Positions 12,201 to 25,700 of a stretch of DNA of 64,000 nt are shown here, piece after piece. The notes beneath the pieces were generated by a model. The model saw only the letters and a list, made by a program, of their open reading frames with translations, did no database searches and had not been told where the DNA came from. Source of the DNA: Eledone cirrhosa (taxonomy: Eukaryota); assembly GCA_964016885.1 (NCBI GenBank), contig OZ024746.1, positions 59,458,001 through 59,522,000 of the forward strand. The letters run 5' to 3'. A program made the translations under genes and the position numbers. Each line of letters opens with the position of its first letter. Position 1 is the first letter of the stretch.

Positions 12201-13900
12201 TATGTTGGTAGTTGTGGTGTTGTTGACTGTATGTTCTGTAGTGTCTATGTTGGTAGTTGTGGTGTTGTTGACTGTATGTTCTGCAGTGTCTATGTTAGTA
12301 GTTGTGGTGTTGTTGACTGTATGTTATGTAGTGTCTATGTTGGTAGTTGTGGTGTTGTTGACTGTATGTTCTGTAGTGTCTATGTTGGTAGTTGTAGTGT
12401 TGTTGACTGTATGTTCTGTAGTGTCTATGTTGGTAGTTGTGGTGTTGTTGACTGTATGTTCTGTAGTGTCTATGTTGGTAGTTGTGGTGTTGTTGACTGT
12501 ATGTTCTGTAGTGTCTATGTTGGTAGTTGTGCTGTTGTTGGCTGTATGTTCTGTAGTGTGTATGTATGTAGTTGTGGTGTTGTTGGCTGTATGTTCTGTA
12601 GTGTCTATGTTGGTAGTTGTGGTGTTGTTGACTGTATGTTCTGTAGTATCTATGTTGGTAGTTGTACTGTTCTTGACTGTATGTTCTATAGTGTCTATGT
12701 TGGTAGTTGTAGTGTTGTTGACTGTATCATCTGTAGTGCCTATGTTAGTAGTTGTGGTGTTGTTGATTGTATGTTCTGTAGTGTCTATGGTGGTAGTTGT
12801 ACTGTTCTTGACTGTATGTTCTGTAGTGCCTATGTTGGTAGTTGTAGTGTTGTTGACTGTATGTTCTGTAGTGTCTATGTTTATAGTTGTACTGTTGTTG
12901 ACTGTATGTTCTGTAGTGTCTATGGTGGTAGTTGTACTGTTGTTGACTGTATGTTCTGTAGTGCCTATGTTGGTAGTTGTAGTGTTGTTGACTGTATGTT
13001 CTGTAGTGTCTATGTTGGTAGTTGTAGTGTTGTTGACTGTATGTTCTGTAGTGTCTATGTTGGTAGTTGTAGTGTTGTTGACTGTATGTTCTGTAGTGTC
13101 TATGTTGGTAGTTGTGGTGTTGTTGACTGTATGTTCTGTAGTGTCTATGTTGGTAGTTGTAGTGTTGTTGACTGTATGTTCTATAGTGTCTATGTTGGTA
13201 GTTGTGGTGTTGTTGACTGTATGTTCTGTAGTGTCAATGTTGGTAGTTGTGGTGTTGTTGACTGTATGTTCTGTAGTGTCTATGTTGGTAGTTGTAGTGT
13301 TGTTGACTGTATGTTCTATAGTGTCTATGTTGGTAGTTGTGGTGTTGTTGGCAGTATGTTCTGTAGTGTCTATGTTGGTAGTTGTGGTGTTGTTGACTGT
13401 GTGTTCTGTAGTGTCTATGTTGGTAGTTGTGGTGTTGTTGACTGTATGTTCTATAGTGTCTATGTTGGTAGTTGTGGTGTTGTTGACTGTATGTTCTGTA
13501 GTGTCTATGGTGGTAGTTGTAGTTTTGTTGACTGTATGTTCTGTAGTATCTATGTTGGTAGTTGTAGTGTTGACTTATGTTCTGTAGTGTCTATGTTGGT
13601 AGTTGTAGTGTTGTTGACTATGTTCTGTAGTGTCTATGTTGGTAGTTGTGGTGTTGTTGACTATATGTTCTGTAGTGTCTATGTTGGTAGTTGTGGTGTT
13701 GTTGACTGTATGTTCTGTAGTGTCTATGTTGGTAGTTGTACTGTTGTTGACTGTATGTTCTGTAGTGTCTATGTTGGTAGTTGTGGTGTTGTTGACTGTA
13801 TGTTCTGTAGTATCTATGTTGGTAGTTGTAGTGTTGTTGACTGTATGTTCTGTAGTATCTATGTTGGTAGTTGTAGTGTTGTTGACTGTATGTTCTGTAG
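8830..13900. repeat. Tandem duplication of a 57-monomer block (period 2555 bp, then 2510 bp after loss of one monomer)
   Basis: TGTCAATGTT is at 8836 and 11391. ORF boundaries pair as 9283/11838 and 9551/12106 (+2555), then 11077/13587 (+2510). 2555 = 57x45 - 10, matching the visible -2, -2, -4, -2 deletions. Confidence 0.9.
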
Positions 13901-16900
13901 TGTCTATGTTGGTAGTAGTAGTGTTGTTGACTATGTTCTGTAGTGTCTATGTTGGTAGTTGTGGTGTTGTTGACTGTATGTTCTGCAGTGTCTATGTTAG
14001 TAGTTGTGGTGTTGTTGACTGTATGCTATGTAGTGTCTATGTTGGTAGTTGTGGTGTTGTTGACTGTATGTTCTGTAGTGTCTATGTTGGTAGTTGTAGT
14101 GTTGTTGACTGTATGTTCTGTAGTGTCTATGTTGGTAGTTGTGGTGTTGTTGACTGTATGTTCTGTAGTGTCTATGTTGGTACTTGTGGTGTTGTTGATT
14201 GTATGTTCTGTAGTGTCTATGGTGGTAGTTGTACTGTTGTTGACTGTATGTTCTGTAGTGCCTATGTTGGTAGTTGTAGTGTTGTTGACTGTATGTTCTG
14301 TAGTGTCTATGTTTATAGTAGTACTGTTGTTGACTGTATGTTCTGTAGTGTCTATGGTGGTAGTTGTACTGTTGTTGACTGTATGTTCTGTAGTGCCTAT
14401 GTTGGTAGTTGTAGTGTTGTTGACTGTATGTTCTGTAGTGTCTATGTTGGTAGTTGTAGTGTTGTTGACTGTATGTTCTGTAGTGTCTATGTTGGTAGTT
14501 GTAGTGTTGTTGACTGTATGTTCTGTAGTGTGTATGTTGGTAGTTGTACTGTTGTTGACTGTATTTTCTGTAGTGTCTATGTTGGTAGTTGTGGTGTTGT
14601 TGACTGTATGTTCTGTAGTGTCTATGTTGGTAGTTGTGGTGTTGTTGACTGTATGTTCTGTAGTATCTATGTTGGTAGTTGTGGTGTTGTTGACTGTATG
14701 TTCTGTAGTGTCTATGTTGGTAGTTGTGGTGTTGTTGACTGTATGTTCTGTAGTGTCTATGTTGGTAGTTGTTGTGCTATTGACTGTATGTTCTGTAGTG
14801 TCTATGTTGGTAGTTGTACAGTTGTTGACCGTATGTTCTGTAGTGTCTATGTTGGTAGTTGTACTGTTGTTGACTGTATATTCTGTAGTGTCTATGGTGG
14901 TAATTGTGGTGTTGTTGACTGTATGTTCTGTAGTGTCTATGGTGGTAGTTGTGGTGTTGTTGTCTGTATGTTCTGTAGTGTCTATGTTAGTAGTTGTACT
15001 GTTGTTGACTGTATGTTCTATCGTGTCTATGGTGGTAGTTGTGGTGATGTTGACTGTATGTTCTGTAGTGTCTATGTTAGTAGTTGTACTGTTGTTGACT
15101 GTATGTTCTATCGTGTCTATGTTAGTAGTTGTGGTGTTGTTGACTGTATGTTCTATAGTGTCTATGGTGGTAGTTGTGGTGTTGTTGACTGTATGTTCTG
15201 TAGTGTCTATGATGGTAGTTGTGGTGTTGTTGACTGTATGTTCTGTAGTGTCTATGTTGGTAGTTGTAGTGTTGTTGACTGTATGTTCTGTAGTGTCTAT
15301 GTTGGTAGTTGTGGTGTTGTTGACTGTATGTTCTGTAGTGTCTATGTTGGTAGTTGTGGTGTTGTTGACTGTATGTTCTGTAGTGTCTATGTTGGTAGTT
15401 GTGGTGTTGTTGGCTGTATGTTCTGTAGTGTGTATGTTAGTAGTTGTGGTGTTGTTGACTGTATGTTCTGTAGTGTCTATGTTGGTAGTTGTGGTGTTGT
15501 TGACTGTATGTTCTGTAGTATCTATGTTGGTAGTTGTACTGTTGTTGACTGTATCTCCTGTAGTGTCTATGTTGGTAGTTGTACAGTTGTTGACTGTATG
15601 TTCTGTAGTGTCTATGTTAGTAGTTGTGGTGTTGTTGACTGTATGTTCTGTAGTGTCTATGTTGGTAGTTGTGTTGTTGACTGTATGTTCTGTAGTGTCT
15701 ATGTTGGTAGTTCTAGTGTTGTTGACTGTATGTTCTGTAGTGTCTATGTTGGTAGTTGTGGTGTTGTTGTCTGTATGTTCTGTAGTGTCTATGTTGGTAG
15801 TTGTGGTGTTGTTGTCTGTATGTTCTGTAGTGTCTATGTTGGTAGTTGTGGTGTTGTTGACTGTATGTTCTGTAGTGTCTATGTTGGTAGTTGTTGTGCT
15901 ATTGACTGTAGGTTCTGTAGTGTCTATGTTGGTAGTTGTACAGTTGTTGACCGTATGTTCTGTAGTGTCTATGTTGGTAGTTGTACAGTTGTTGACCGTA
16001 TGTTCTGTAGTGTCTATGGTGGTAATTGTGGTGTTGTTGACTGTATGTTCTGTAGTGTCTATGGTGGTAGTTGTGGTGTTGTTGTCTGTATGTTCTGTAG
16101 TGTCTATGTTAGTAGTTGTACTGTTGTTGACTGTATGTTCTATCGTGTCTATGGTGGTAGTTGTGGTGATGTTGACTGTATGTTCTGTAGTGTCTATGTT
16201 AGTAGTTGTACTGTTGTTGACTGTATGTTCTATCGTGTCTATGTTAGTAGTTGTGGTGTTGTTGACTGTATGTTCTGTAGTGTCTATGGTGGTAGTTGTG
16301 GTGTTGTTGACTGTATGTTCTGTAGTGTCTATGTTGGTAGTTGTAGTGTTGTTGACTGTATGTTCTGTAGTGTCTATGTTGGTAGTTGTGGTGTTGTTGA
16401 CTGTATGTTCTGTAGTGTCTATGTTGGTAGTTGTGGTGTTGTTGACTGTATGTTCTGTAGTGTCTATGTTGGTAGTTGTGGTGTTGTTGGCTGTATGTTC
16501 TGTAGTGTGTATGTTAGTAGTTGTGGTGTTGTTGACTGTATGTTCTGTAGTGTCTATATTGGTAGTTGTGGTGTTGTTGACTGTATGTTCTGTAGTATCT
16601 ATGTTGGTAGTTGTACTGTTCTTGACTGTATGTTCTATAGTGTCTATGTTGGTAGTTGTAGTGTTGTTGACTGTATCATCTGTAGTGCCTATGTTAGTAG
16701 TTGTGGTGTTGTTGATTGTATGTTCTGTAGTGTCTATGGTGGTAGTTGTACTGTTGTTGACTGTATGTTCTGTAGTGCCTATGTTGGTAGTTGTAGTGTT
16801 GTTGACTGTATGTTCTGTAGTGTCTATGTTGGTAGTTGTACTGTTGTTGACTGTATGTTCTGTAGTGTCTATGTTGGTAGTTGTGGTGTTGTTGACTGTA

Positions 16901-19900
16901 TGTTCTGTAGTATCTATGTTGGTAGTTGTAGTGTTGTTGACTGTATGTTCTGTAGTATCTATGTTGGTAGTTGTAGTGTTGTTGACTGTATGTTCTGTAG
17001 TGTCTATGTTGGTAGTAGTAGTGTTGTTGACTATGTTCTGTAGTGTCTATGTTGGTAGTTGTGGTGTTGTTGACTGTATGTTCTGCAGTGTCTATGTTAG
17101 TAGTTGTGGTGTTGTTGACTGTATGCTATGTAGTGTCTATGTTGGTAGTTGTGGTGTTGTTGACTGTATGTTCTGTAGTGTCTATGTTGGTAGTTGTAGT
17201 GTTGTTGACTGTATGTTCTGTAGTGTCTATGTTGGTAGTTGTGGTGTTGTTGACTGTATGTTCTGTAGTGTCTATGTTGGTACTTGTGGTGTTGTTGATT
17301 GTATGTTCTGTAGTGTCTATGGTGGTAGTTGTACTGTTGTTGACTGTATGTTCTGTAGTGCCTATGTTGGTAGTTGTAGTGTTGTTGACTGTATGTTCTG
17401 TAGTGTCTATGTTTATAGTTGTACTGTTGTTGACTGTATGTTCTGTAGTGTCTATGGTGGTAGTTGTACTGTTGTTGACTGTATGTTCTGTAGTGCCTAT
17501 GTTGGTAGTTGTAGTGTTGTTGACTGTATGTTCTGTAGTGTCTATGTTGGTAGTTGTAGTGTTGTTGACTGTATGTTCTGTAGTGTCTATGTTGGTAGTT
17601 GTAGTGTTGTTGACTGTATGTTCTGTAGTGTGTATGTTGGTAGTTGTACTGTTGTTGACTGTATTTTCTGTAGTGTCTATGTTGGTAGTTGTGGTGTTGT
17701 TGACTGTATGTTCTGTAGTGTCTATGTTGGTAGTTGTAGTGTTGTTGACTGTATGTTCTGTAGTATCTATGTTGGTAGTTGTGGTGTTGTTGACTGTATG
17801 TTCTGTAGTGTCTATGTTGGTAGTTGTGGTGTTGTTGACTGTATGTTCTGTAGTGTCTATGTTGGTAGTTGTTGTGCTATTGACTGTATGTTCTGTAGTG
17901 TCTATGTTGGTAGTTGTACAGTTGTTGACCGTATATTCTGTAGTGTCTATGTTGGTAGTTGTACTGTTGTTGACTGTATATTCTGTAGTGTCTATGGTGG
18001 TAATTGTGGTGTTGTTGACTGTATGTTCTGTAGTGTCTATGGTGGTAGTTGTGGTGTTGTTGTCTGTATGTTCTGTAGTGTCTATGTTAGTAGTTGTACT
18101 GTTGTTGACTGTATGTTCTATCGTGTCTATGGTGGTAGTTGTGGTGATGTTGACTGTATGTTCTGTAGTGTTATTGTTAGTAGTTGTACTGTTGTTGACT
18201 GTATGTTCTATCGTGTCTATGTTAGTAGTTGTGGTGTTGTTGACTGTATGTTCTATAGTGTCTATGGTGGTAGTTGTGGTGTTGTTGACTGTATGTTCTG
18301 TAGTGTCTATGGTGGTAGTTGTGGTGTTGTTGACTGTATGTTCTGTAGTGTCTATGTTGGTAGTTGTAGTGTTGTTGACTGTATGTTCTGTAGTGTCTAT
18401 GTTGGTAGTTGTGGTGTTGTTGACTGTATGTTCTGTAGTGTCTATGTTGGTAGTTGTGGTGTTGTTGACTGTATGTTCTGTAGTGTCTATGTTGGTAGTT
18501 GTGGTGTTGTTGGCTGTATGTTCTGTAGTGTGTATGTTAGTAGTTGTGGTGTTGTTGACTGTATGTTCTGTAGTGTCTATGTTGGTAGTTGTGGTGTTGT
18601 TGACTGTATGTTCTGTAGTATCTATGTTGGTAGTTGTACTGTTGTTGACTGTATCTCCTGTAGTGTCTATGTTGGTAGTTGTACAGTTGTTGACTGTATG
18701 TTCTGTAGTGTCTATGTTAGTAGTTGTGGTGTTGTTGACTGTATGTTCTGTAGTGTCTATGTTGGTAGTTGTGTTGTTGACTGTATGTTCTGTAGTGTCT
18801 ATGTTGGTAGTTCTAGTGTTGTTGACTGTATGTTCTGTAGTGTCTATGTTGGTAGTTGTGGTGTTGTTGACTGTATGTTCTGTAGTGTCTATGTTGGTAG
18901 TTGTGGTGTTGTTGTCTGTATGTTCTGTAGTGTCTATGTTGGTAGTTGTGGTGTTGTTGACTGTATGTTCTGTAGTGTCTATGTTGGTAGTTGTTGTGCT
19001 ATTGACTGTAGGTTCTGTAGTGTCTATGTTGGTAGTTGTACAGTTGTTGACCGTATGTTCTGTAGTGTCTATGTTGGTAGTTGTACAGTTGTTGACCGTA
19101 TGTTCTGTAGTGTCTATGGTGGTAATTGTGGTGTTGTTGACTGTATGTTCTGTAGTGTCTATGGTGGTAGTTGTGGTGTTGTTGTCTGTATGTTCTGTAG
19201 TGTCTATGTTAGTAGTTGTACTGTTGTTGACTGTATGTTCTATCGTGTCTATGGTGGTAGTTGTGGTGATGTTGACTGTATGTTCTGTAGTGTCTATGTT
19301 AGTAGTTGTACTGTTGTTGACTGTATGTTCTATCGTGTCTATGTTAGTAGTTGTGGTGTTGTTGACTGTATGTTCTGTAGTGTCTATGGTGGTAGTTGTG
19401 GTGTTGTTGACTGTATGTTCTGTAGTGTCTATGTTGGTAGTTGTAGTGTTGTTGACTGTATGTTCTGTAGTGTCTATGTTGGTAGTTGTGGTGTTGTTGA
19501 CTGTATGTTCTGTAGTGTCTATGTTGGTAGTTGTGGTGTTGTTGACTGTATGTTCTGTAGTGTCTATGTTGGTAGTTGTGGTGTTGTTGGCTGTATGTTC
19601 TGTAGTGTGTATGTTAGTAGTTGTGGTGTTGTTGACTGTATGTTCTGTAGTGTCTATATTGGTAGTTGTGGTGTTGTTGACTGTATGTTCTGTAGTATCT
19701 ATGTTGGTAGTTGTACTGTTCTTGACTGTATGTTCTATAGTGTCTATGTTGGTAGTTGTAGTGTTGTTGACTGTATCATCTGTAGTGCCTATGTTAGTAG
19801 TTGTGGTGTTGTTGATTGTATGTTCTGTAGTGTCTATGGTGGTAGTTGTACTGTTGTTGACTGTATGTTCTGTAGTGCCTATGTTGGTAGTTGTAGTGTT
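13700..19900. repeat. Tandem duplication of a 69-monomer block (period 3100 bp), each copy containing an internal 25-monomer (1122 bp) duplication
   Basis: GGTAGTAGTA plus the 2-bp deletion lies at about 13911 and 17011; ORF starts are 13943/17043. 3100 = 69x45 - 5. The TGCTATT...GACCGT...GGTAATT...TATCGT series repeats at 14775 and 15897. Confidence 0.9.
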
Positions 19901-22790
19901 GTTGACTGTATGTTCTGTAGTGTCTATGTTTATAGTTGTACTGTTGTTGACTGTATGTTCTGTAGTGTCTATGGTGGTAGTTGTACTGTTGTTGACTGTA
20001 TGTTCTGTAGTGCCTATGTTGGTAGTTGTAGTGTTGTTGACTGTATGTTCTGTAGTGTCTATGTTGGTAGTTGTAGTGTTGTTGACTGTATGTTCTGTAG
20101 TGTCTATGTTGGTAGTTGTAGTGTTGTTGACTGTATGTTCTGTAGTGTGTATGTTGGTAGTTGTACTGTTGTTGACTGTATGTTCTGTAGTGTCTATGTT
20201 GGTAGTTGTAGTGTTGTTGACTGTATGTTCTGTAGTGTCTATGTTGGTAGTTGTGGTGTTGTTGACTGTATGTTCTGTAGTGTCTATGTTGGTAGTTGTG
20301 GTGTTGTTGACTGTATGTTCTGTAGTGTCTATGTTGGTAGTTGTGGTGTTGTTGACTGTATGTTCTGTAGTGTCTATGTTGGAGTTGTACTGTTGTTGAC
20401 TGTATGTTCTGTAGTGTCTATGTTGGTAGTTGTACAGTTGTTGACTGTATGTTCTGTAGTGTCTATGTTAGTAGTTGTGGTGTTGTTGACTGTATGTTCT
20501 GTAGTGTCTATGTTGGTAGTTGTGTTGTTGACTGTATGTTCTGTAGTGTCTATGTTGGTAGTTGTAGTGTTGTTGACTGTATGTTCTGTAGTGTCTATGT
20601 TGGTAGTTGTGGTGTTGTTGACTGTATGTTCTGTAGTGTCTATGTTGGTAGTTGTGGTGTTGTTGACTGTATGTTCTGTAGTGTCTATGTTGGTAGTTGT
20701 GGTGTTGTTGACTGTATTTTCTGTAGTGTCTATGTTGGTAGTTGTGGTGTTGTTGACTGTATGTTCTGTAGTGTCTATGTTGGTAGTTGTGGTGTTGTTG
20801 ACTGTATGTTCTGTAGTGTCTATGTTGGTAGTTGTGGTGTTGTTGGCTGTATGTTCTGTAGTGTGTATGTTAGTAGTTGTGGTGTTGTTGACTGTATGTT
20901 CTGTAGTGTCTATGTTGGTAGTTGTGGTGTTGTTGACTGTATGTTCTGTAGTATCTATGTTGGTAGTTGTACTGTTGTTGACTGTATCTCCTGTAGTGTC
21001 TATGTTGGTAGTTGTACAGTTGTTGACTGTATGTTCTGTAGTGTCTATGTTAGTAGTTGTGGTGTTGTTGACTGTATGTTCTGTAGTGTCTATGTTGGTA
21101 GTTGTGTTGTTGACTGTATGTTCTGTAGTGTCTATGTTGGTAGTTGTAGTGTTGTTGACTGTATGTTCTGTAGTGTCTATGTTGGTAGTTGTGGTGTTGT
21201 TGACTGTATGTTCTGTAGTGTCTATGTTGGTAGTTGTGGTGTTGTTGTCTGTATGTTCTGTAGTGTCTATGTTGGTAGTTGTGGTGTTGTTGACTGTATG
21301 TTCTGTAGTGTCTATGTTGGTAGTTGTTGTGCTATTGACTGTAGGTTCTGTAGTGTCTATGTTGGTAGTTGTACAGTTGTTGACCGTATGTTCTGTAGTG
21401 TCTATGATGGTAGTTGTACAGTTGTTGACCGTATGTTCTGTAGTGTCTATGGTGGTAATTGTGGTGTTGTTGACTGTATGTTCTGTAGTGTCTATGGTGG
21501 TAGTTGTGGTGTTGTTGTCTGTATGTTCTGTAGTGTCTATGTTAGTAGTTGTACTGTTGTTGACTGTATGTTCTATCGTGTCTATGGTGGTAGTTGTGGT
21601 GATGTTGACTGTATGTTCTGTAGTGTCTATGTTAGTAGTTGTACTGTTGTTGACTGTATGTTCTATCGTGTCTATGTTAGTAGTTGTGGTGTTGTTGACT
21701 GTATGTTCTGTAGTGTCTATGGTGGTAGTTGTGGTGTTGTTGACTGTATGTTCTGTAGTGTCTATGGTGGTAGTTGTGGTGTTGTTGACTGTATGTTCTG
21801 TAGTGTCTATGTTGGTAGTTGTAGTGTTGTTGACTGTATGTTCTGTAGTGTCTATGTTGGTAGTTGTGGTGTTGTTGACTGTATGTTCTGTAGTGTCTAT
21901 GTTGGTAGTTGTGGTGTTGTTGACTGTATGTTCTGTAGTGTCTATGTTGGTAGTTGTGGTGTTGTTGGCTGTATGTTCTGTAGTGTGTATGTTAATAGTT
22001 GTGGTGTTGTTGACTGTATGTTCTGTAGTGTCTATGTTGGTAGTTGTGGTGTTGTTGACTGTATGTTCTGTAGTATCTATGTTGGTAGTTGTACTGTTCT
22101 TGACTGTATGTTCTATAGTGTCTATGTTGGTAGTTGTAGTGTTGTTGACTGTATCATCTGTAGTGCCTATGTTAGTAGTTGTGGTGTTGTTGATTGTATG
22201 TTCTGTAGTGTCTATGGTGGTAGTTGTACTGTTGTTGACTGTATGTTCTGTAGTGCCTATGTTGGTAGTTGTAGTGTTGTTGACTGTATGTTCTGTAGTG
22301 TCTATGTTTATAGTTGTACTGTTGTTGACTGTATGTTCTGTAGTGTCTATGGTGGTAGTTGTACTGTTGTTGACTGTATGTTCTGTAGTGCCTATGTTGG
22401 TAGTTGTAGTGTTGTTGACTGTATGTTCTGTAGTGTCTATGTTGGTAGTTGTAGTGTTGTTGACTGTATGTTCTGTAGTGTCTATGTTGGTAGTTGTAGT
22501 GTTGTTGACTGTATGTTCTGTAGTGTGTATGTTGGTAGTTGTACTGTTGTTGACTGTATGTTCTGTAGTGTCTATGTTGGTAGTTGTAGTGTTGTTGACT
22601 GTATGTTCTGTAGTGTCTATGTTGGTAGTTGTGGTGTTGTTGACTGTATGTTCTGTAGTGTCTATGTTGGTAGTTGTGGTGTTGTTGACTGTATGTTCTG
22701 TAGTGTCTATGTTGGTAGTTGTGGTGTTGTTGACTGTATGTTCTGTAGTGTCTATGTTGGAGTTGTACTGTTGTTGACTGTACGTTCTGT
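18400..22790. repeat. Tandem duplication of a 52/53-monomer block (period 2333-2378 bp)
   Basis: GTATCTCC is at 18651 and 20984 (+2333). The 1-bp deletion GGAGTTG is at about 20381 and 22759, with ORF ends 20399/22777 (+2378 = 53x45 - 7). Confidence 0.85.
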
Positions 22791-22799
22791 AGTGTCTAT

Positions 22800-25700
22800 G
22801 TTGGTAGTTGTGTTGTTGACTGTATGTTCTGTAGTGTCTATGTTGGTAGTTGTAGTGTTGTTGACTGTATGTTCTGTAGTGTCTATGTTGGTAGTTGTGG
22901 TGTTGTTGACTGTATGTTCTGTAGTGTCTATGTTGGTAGTTGTGGTGTTGTTGACTGTATGTTCTGTAGTGTCTATGTTGGTAGTTGTGGTGTTGTTGAC
23001 TGTATGTTCTGTAGTGTCTATGTTGGTAGTTGTTGTGCTATTGACTGTATGTTCTGTAGTGTCTATGTTGGTAGTTGTATAGTTGTTGACCGTATGTTCT
23101 GTAGTGTCTATGTTGGTAGTTGTACTGTTGTTGACTGTATGTTCTGTAGTGTCTATGGTGGTAATTGTGGTGTTGTTGACTGTATGTTCTGTAGTGTCTA
23201 TGGTGGTAGTTGTGGTGATGTTGACTGTATGTTCTGTAGTGTCTATGTTAGTAGTTGTACTGTTGTTGACTGTATGTTCTATCGTGTCTATGTTCGTAGT
23301 TGTGGTGTTGTTGACTGTATGTTCTGTAGTGTCTATGGTGGTAGTTGTGATGTTGTTGACTGTATGTTCTGTAGTGTCTATGGTGGTAGTTGTGGTGTTG
23401 TTGACTGTATGTTCTGTAGTGTCTATGTTAGTAGTTGTACTGTTGTTGACTGTATGTTCTGTAGTGTCTCTGGTGGTAGTTGTGGTGTTGTTGACTGTAT
23501 GTTCTGTAGTGTCTATGGTGGTAGTTGTGGTGTTGTTGACTGTATGTTCTGTAGTGTCAATGGTGGTAGTTGTGGTGTTGTTGTCTGTATGTTCTGTAGT
23601 GTCTATATTAGTAGTTGTGGTGTTGTTGACTGTATGTTCTGTAGTGTCTATGGTGGTAGTTGTGGTGTTGTTGACTGTATGTTCTGTAGTGTCTATGGTG
23701 GTAGTTGGGGTGTTGTTGACTGTATGTTCTGTAGTGTCTATGTTAGTAGTTGTACTGTTGTTGACTGTATGTTCTGTAGTGTCTATGGTGGTAGTTGTGG
23801 TGTTGTTGACTGTATGTTCTGTAGTGTCTATGGTGGTAGTTGTGGTGTTGTTGACTGTATATTCTGTAGTGTCTATGTTAGTAGTTGCACTGTTGTTGTC
23901 TGTATGTTCTGTAGTGTCTATGGTGATAGTTGTGGTGTTGTTGACTGTATGTTCTGTAGTGTCTAAGGTGGTAGTTGTGGTGTTGTTGTCTGTATGTTCT
24001 GTAGTGTATATGTTAGTAGTTGTGGTGTTGGTCACTGTATGTTCTGTAGTGTCTATGGTGGTAGTTGTGGTGTTGTTGACTGAATGTTCTGTAGTGTCTA
24101 TGGTGGTAGTTGTGGTGTTGTTGACTGTATGTTCTGTAGTGTCTATGTTGGTAGTTGTGGTGTTGTTGACTGTATGTTCTGTAGTGTCTATGTTGGTAGT
24201 TGTGGTGTTGTTGACTGTATGTTCTGTAGTATCTATGTTGGTAGTTGTACTGTTCTTGACTGTATGTTCTATAGTGTCTATGTTGGTAGTTGTAGTGTTG
24301 TTGACTGTATCATCTGTAGTGCCTATGTTAGTAGTTGTGGTGTTGTTGATTGTATGTTCTGTAGTGTCTATGGTGGTAGTTGTACTGTTGTTGACTGTAT
24401 GTTCTGTAGTGCCTATGTTGGTAGTTGTAGTGTTGTTGACTGTATGTTCTGTAGTGTCTATGTTTATAGTTGTACTGTTGTTGACTGTATGTTCTGTAGT
24501 GTCTATGGTGGTAGTTGTACTGTTGTTGACTGTATGTTCTGTAGTGCCTATGTTGGTAGTTGTAGTGTTGTTGACTGTATGTTCTGTAGTGTCTATGTTG
24601 GTAGTTGTAGTGTTGTTGACTGTATGTTCTGTAGTGTCTATGTTGGTAGTTGTAGTGTCGTTGACTGTATGTTCTGTAGTGTGTATGTTGGTAGTTGTAC
24701 TGTTGTTGACTGTATGTTCTGTAGTGTCTATGTTGGTAGTTGTAGTGTTGTTGACTGTATGTTCTGTAGTGTCTATGTTGGTAGTTGTGGTGTTGTTGAC
24801 TGTATGTTCTGTAGTGTCTATGTTGGTAGTTGTGGTGTTGTTGACTGTATGTTCTGCAGTGTCTATGTTGGTAGTTGTGGTGTTGTTGACTGTATGTTCT
24901 GTAGTGTCTATGTTGGTAGTTGTACTGTTGTTGACTGTATGTTCTGTAGTGTCTATGTTGGTAGTTGTACAGTTGTTGACTGTATGTTCTGTAGTGTCTA
25001 TGTTAGTAGTTGTGGTGTTGTTGACTTATGTTCTGTAGTGTCTATGTTGGTAGTTGTGTTGTTGACTGTATGTTCTGTAGTGTCTATGTTGGTAGTTGTA
25101 GTGTTGTTGACTGTATGTTCTGTAGTGTCTATGTTGGTAGTTGTGGTGTTGTTGACTGTATGTTCTGTAGTGTCTATGTTGGTAGTTGTGGTGTTGTTGA
25201 CTGTATGTTCTGTAGTGTCTATGTTGGTAGTTGTTGTGCTATTGACTGTATGTTCTGTAGTGTCTATGTTGGTAGTTGTATAGTTGTTGACCGTATGTTC
25301 TGTAGTGTCTATGTTGGTAGTTGTACTGTTGTTGACTGTATGTTCTGTAGTGTCTATGGTGGTAATTGTGGTGTTGTTGACTGTATGTTCTGTAGTGTCT
25401 ATGGTGGTAGTTGTGGTGATGTTGACTGTATGTTCTGTAGTGTCTATGTTAGTAGTTGTACTGTTGTTGACTGTATGTTCTATCGTGTCTATGTTAGTAG
25501 TTGTGGTGTTGTTGACTGTATGTTCTGTAGTGTCTATGGTGGTAGTTGTGATGTTGTTGACTGTATGTTCTGTAGTGTCTATGGTGGTAGTTGTGGTGTT
25601 GTTGACTGTATGTTCTGTAGTGTCTATGTTAGTAGTTGTACTGTTGTCGACTGTATGTTCTGTAGTGTCTCTGGTGGTAGTTGTGGTGTTGTTGACTGTA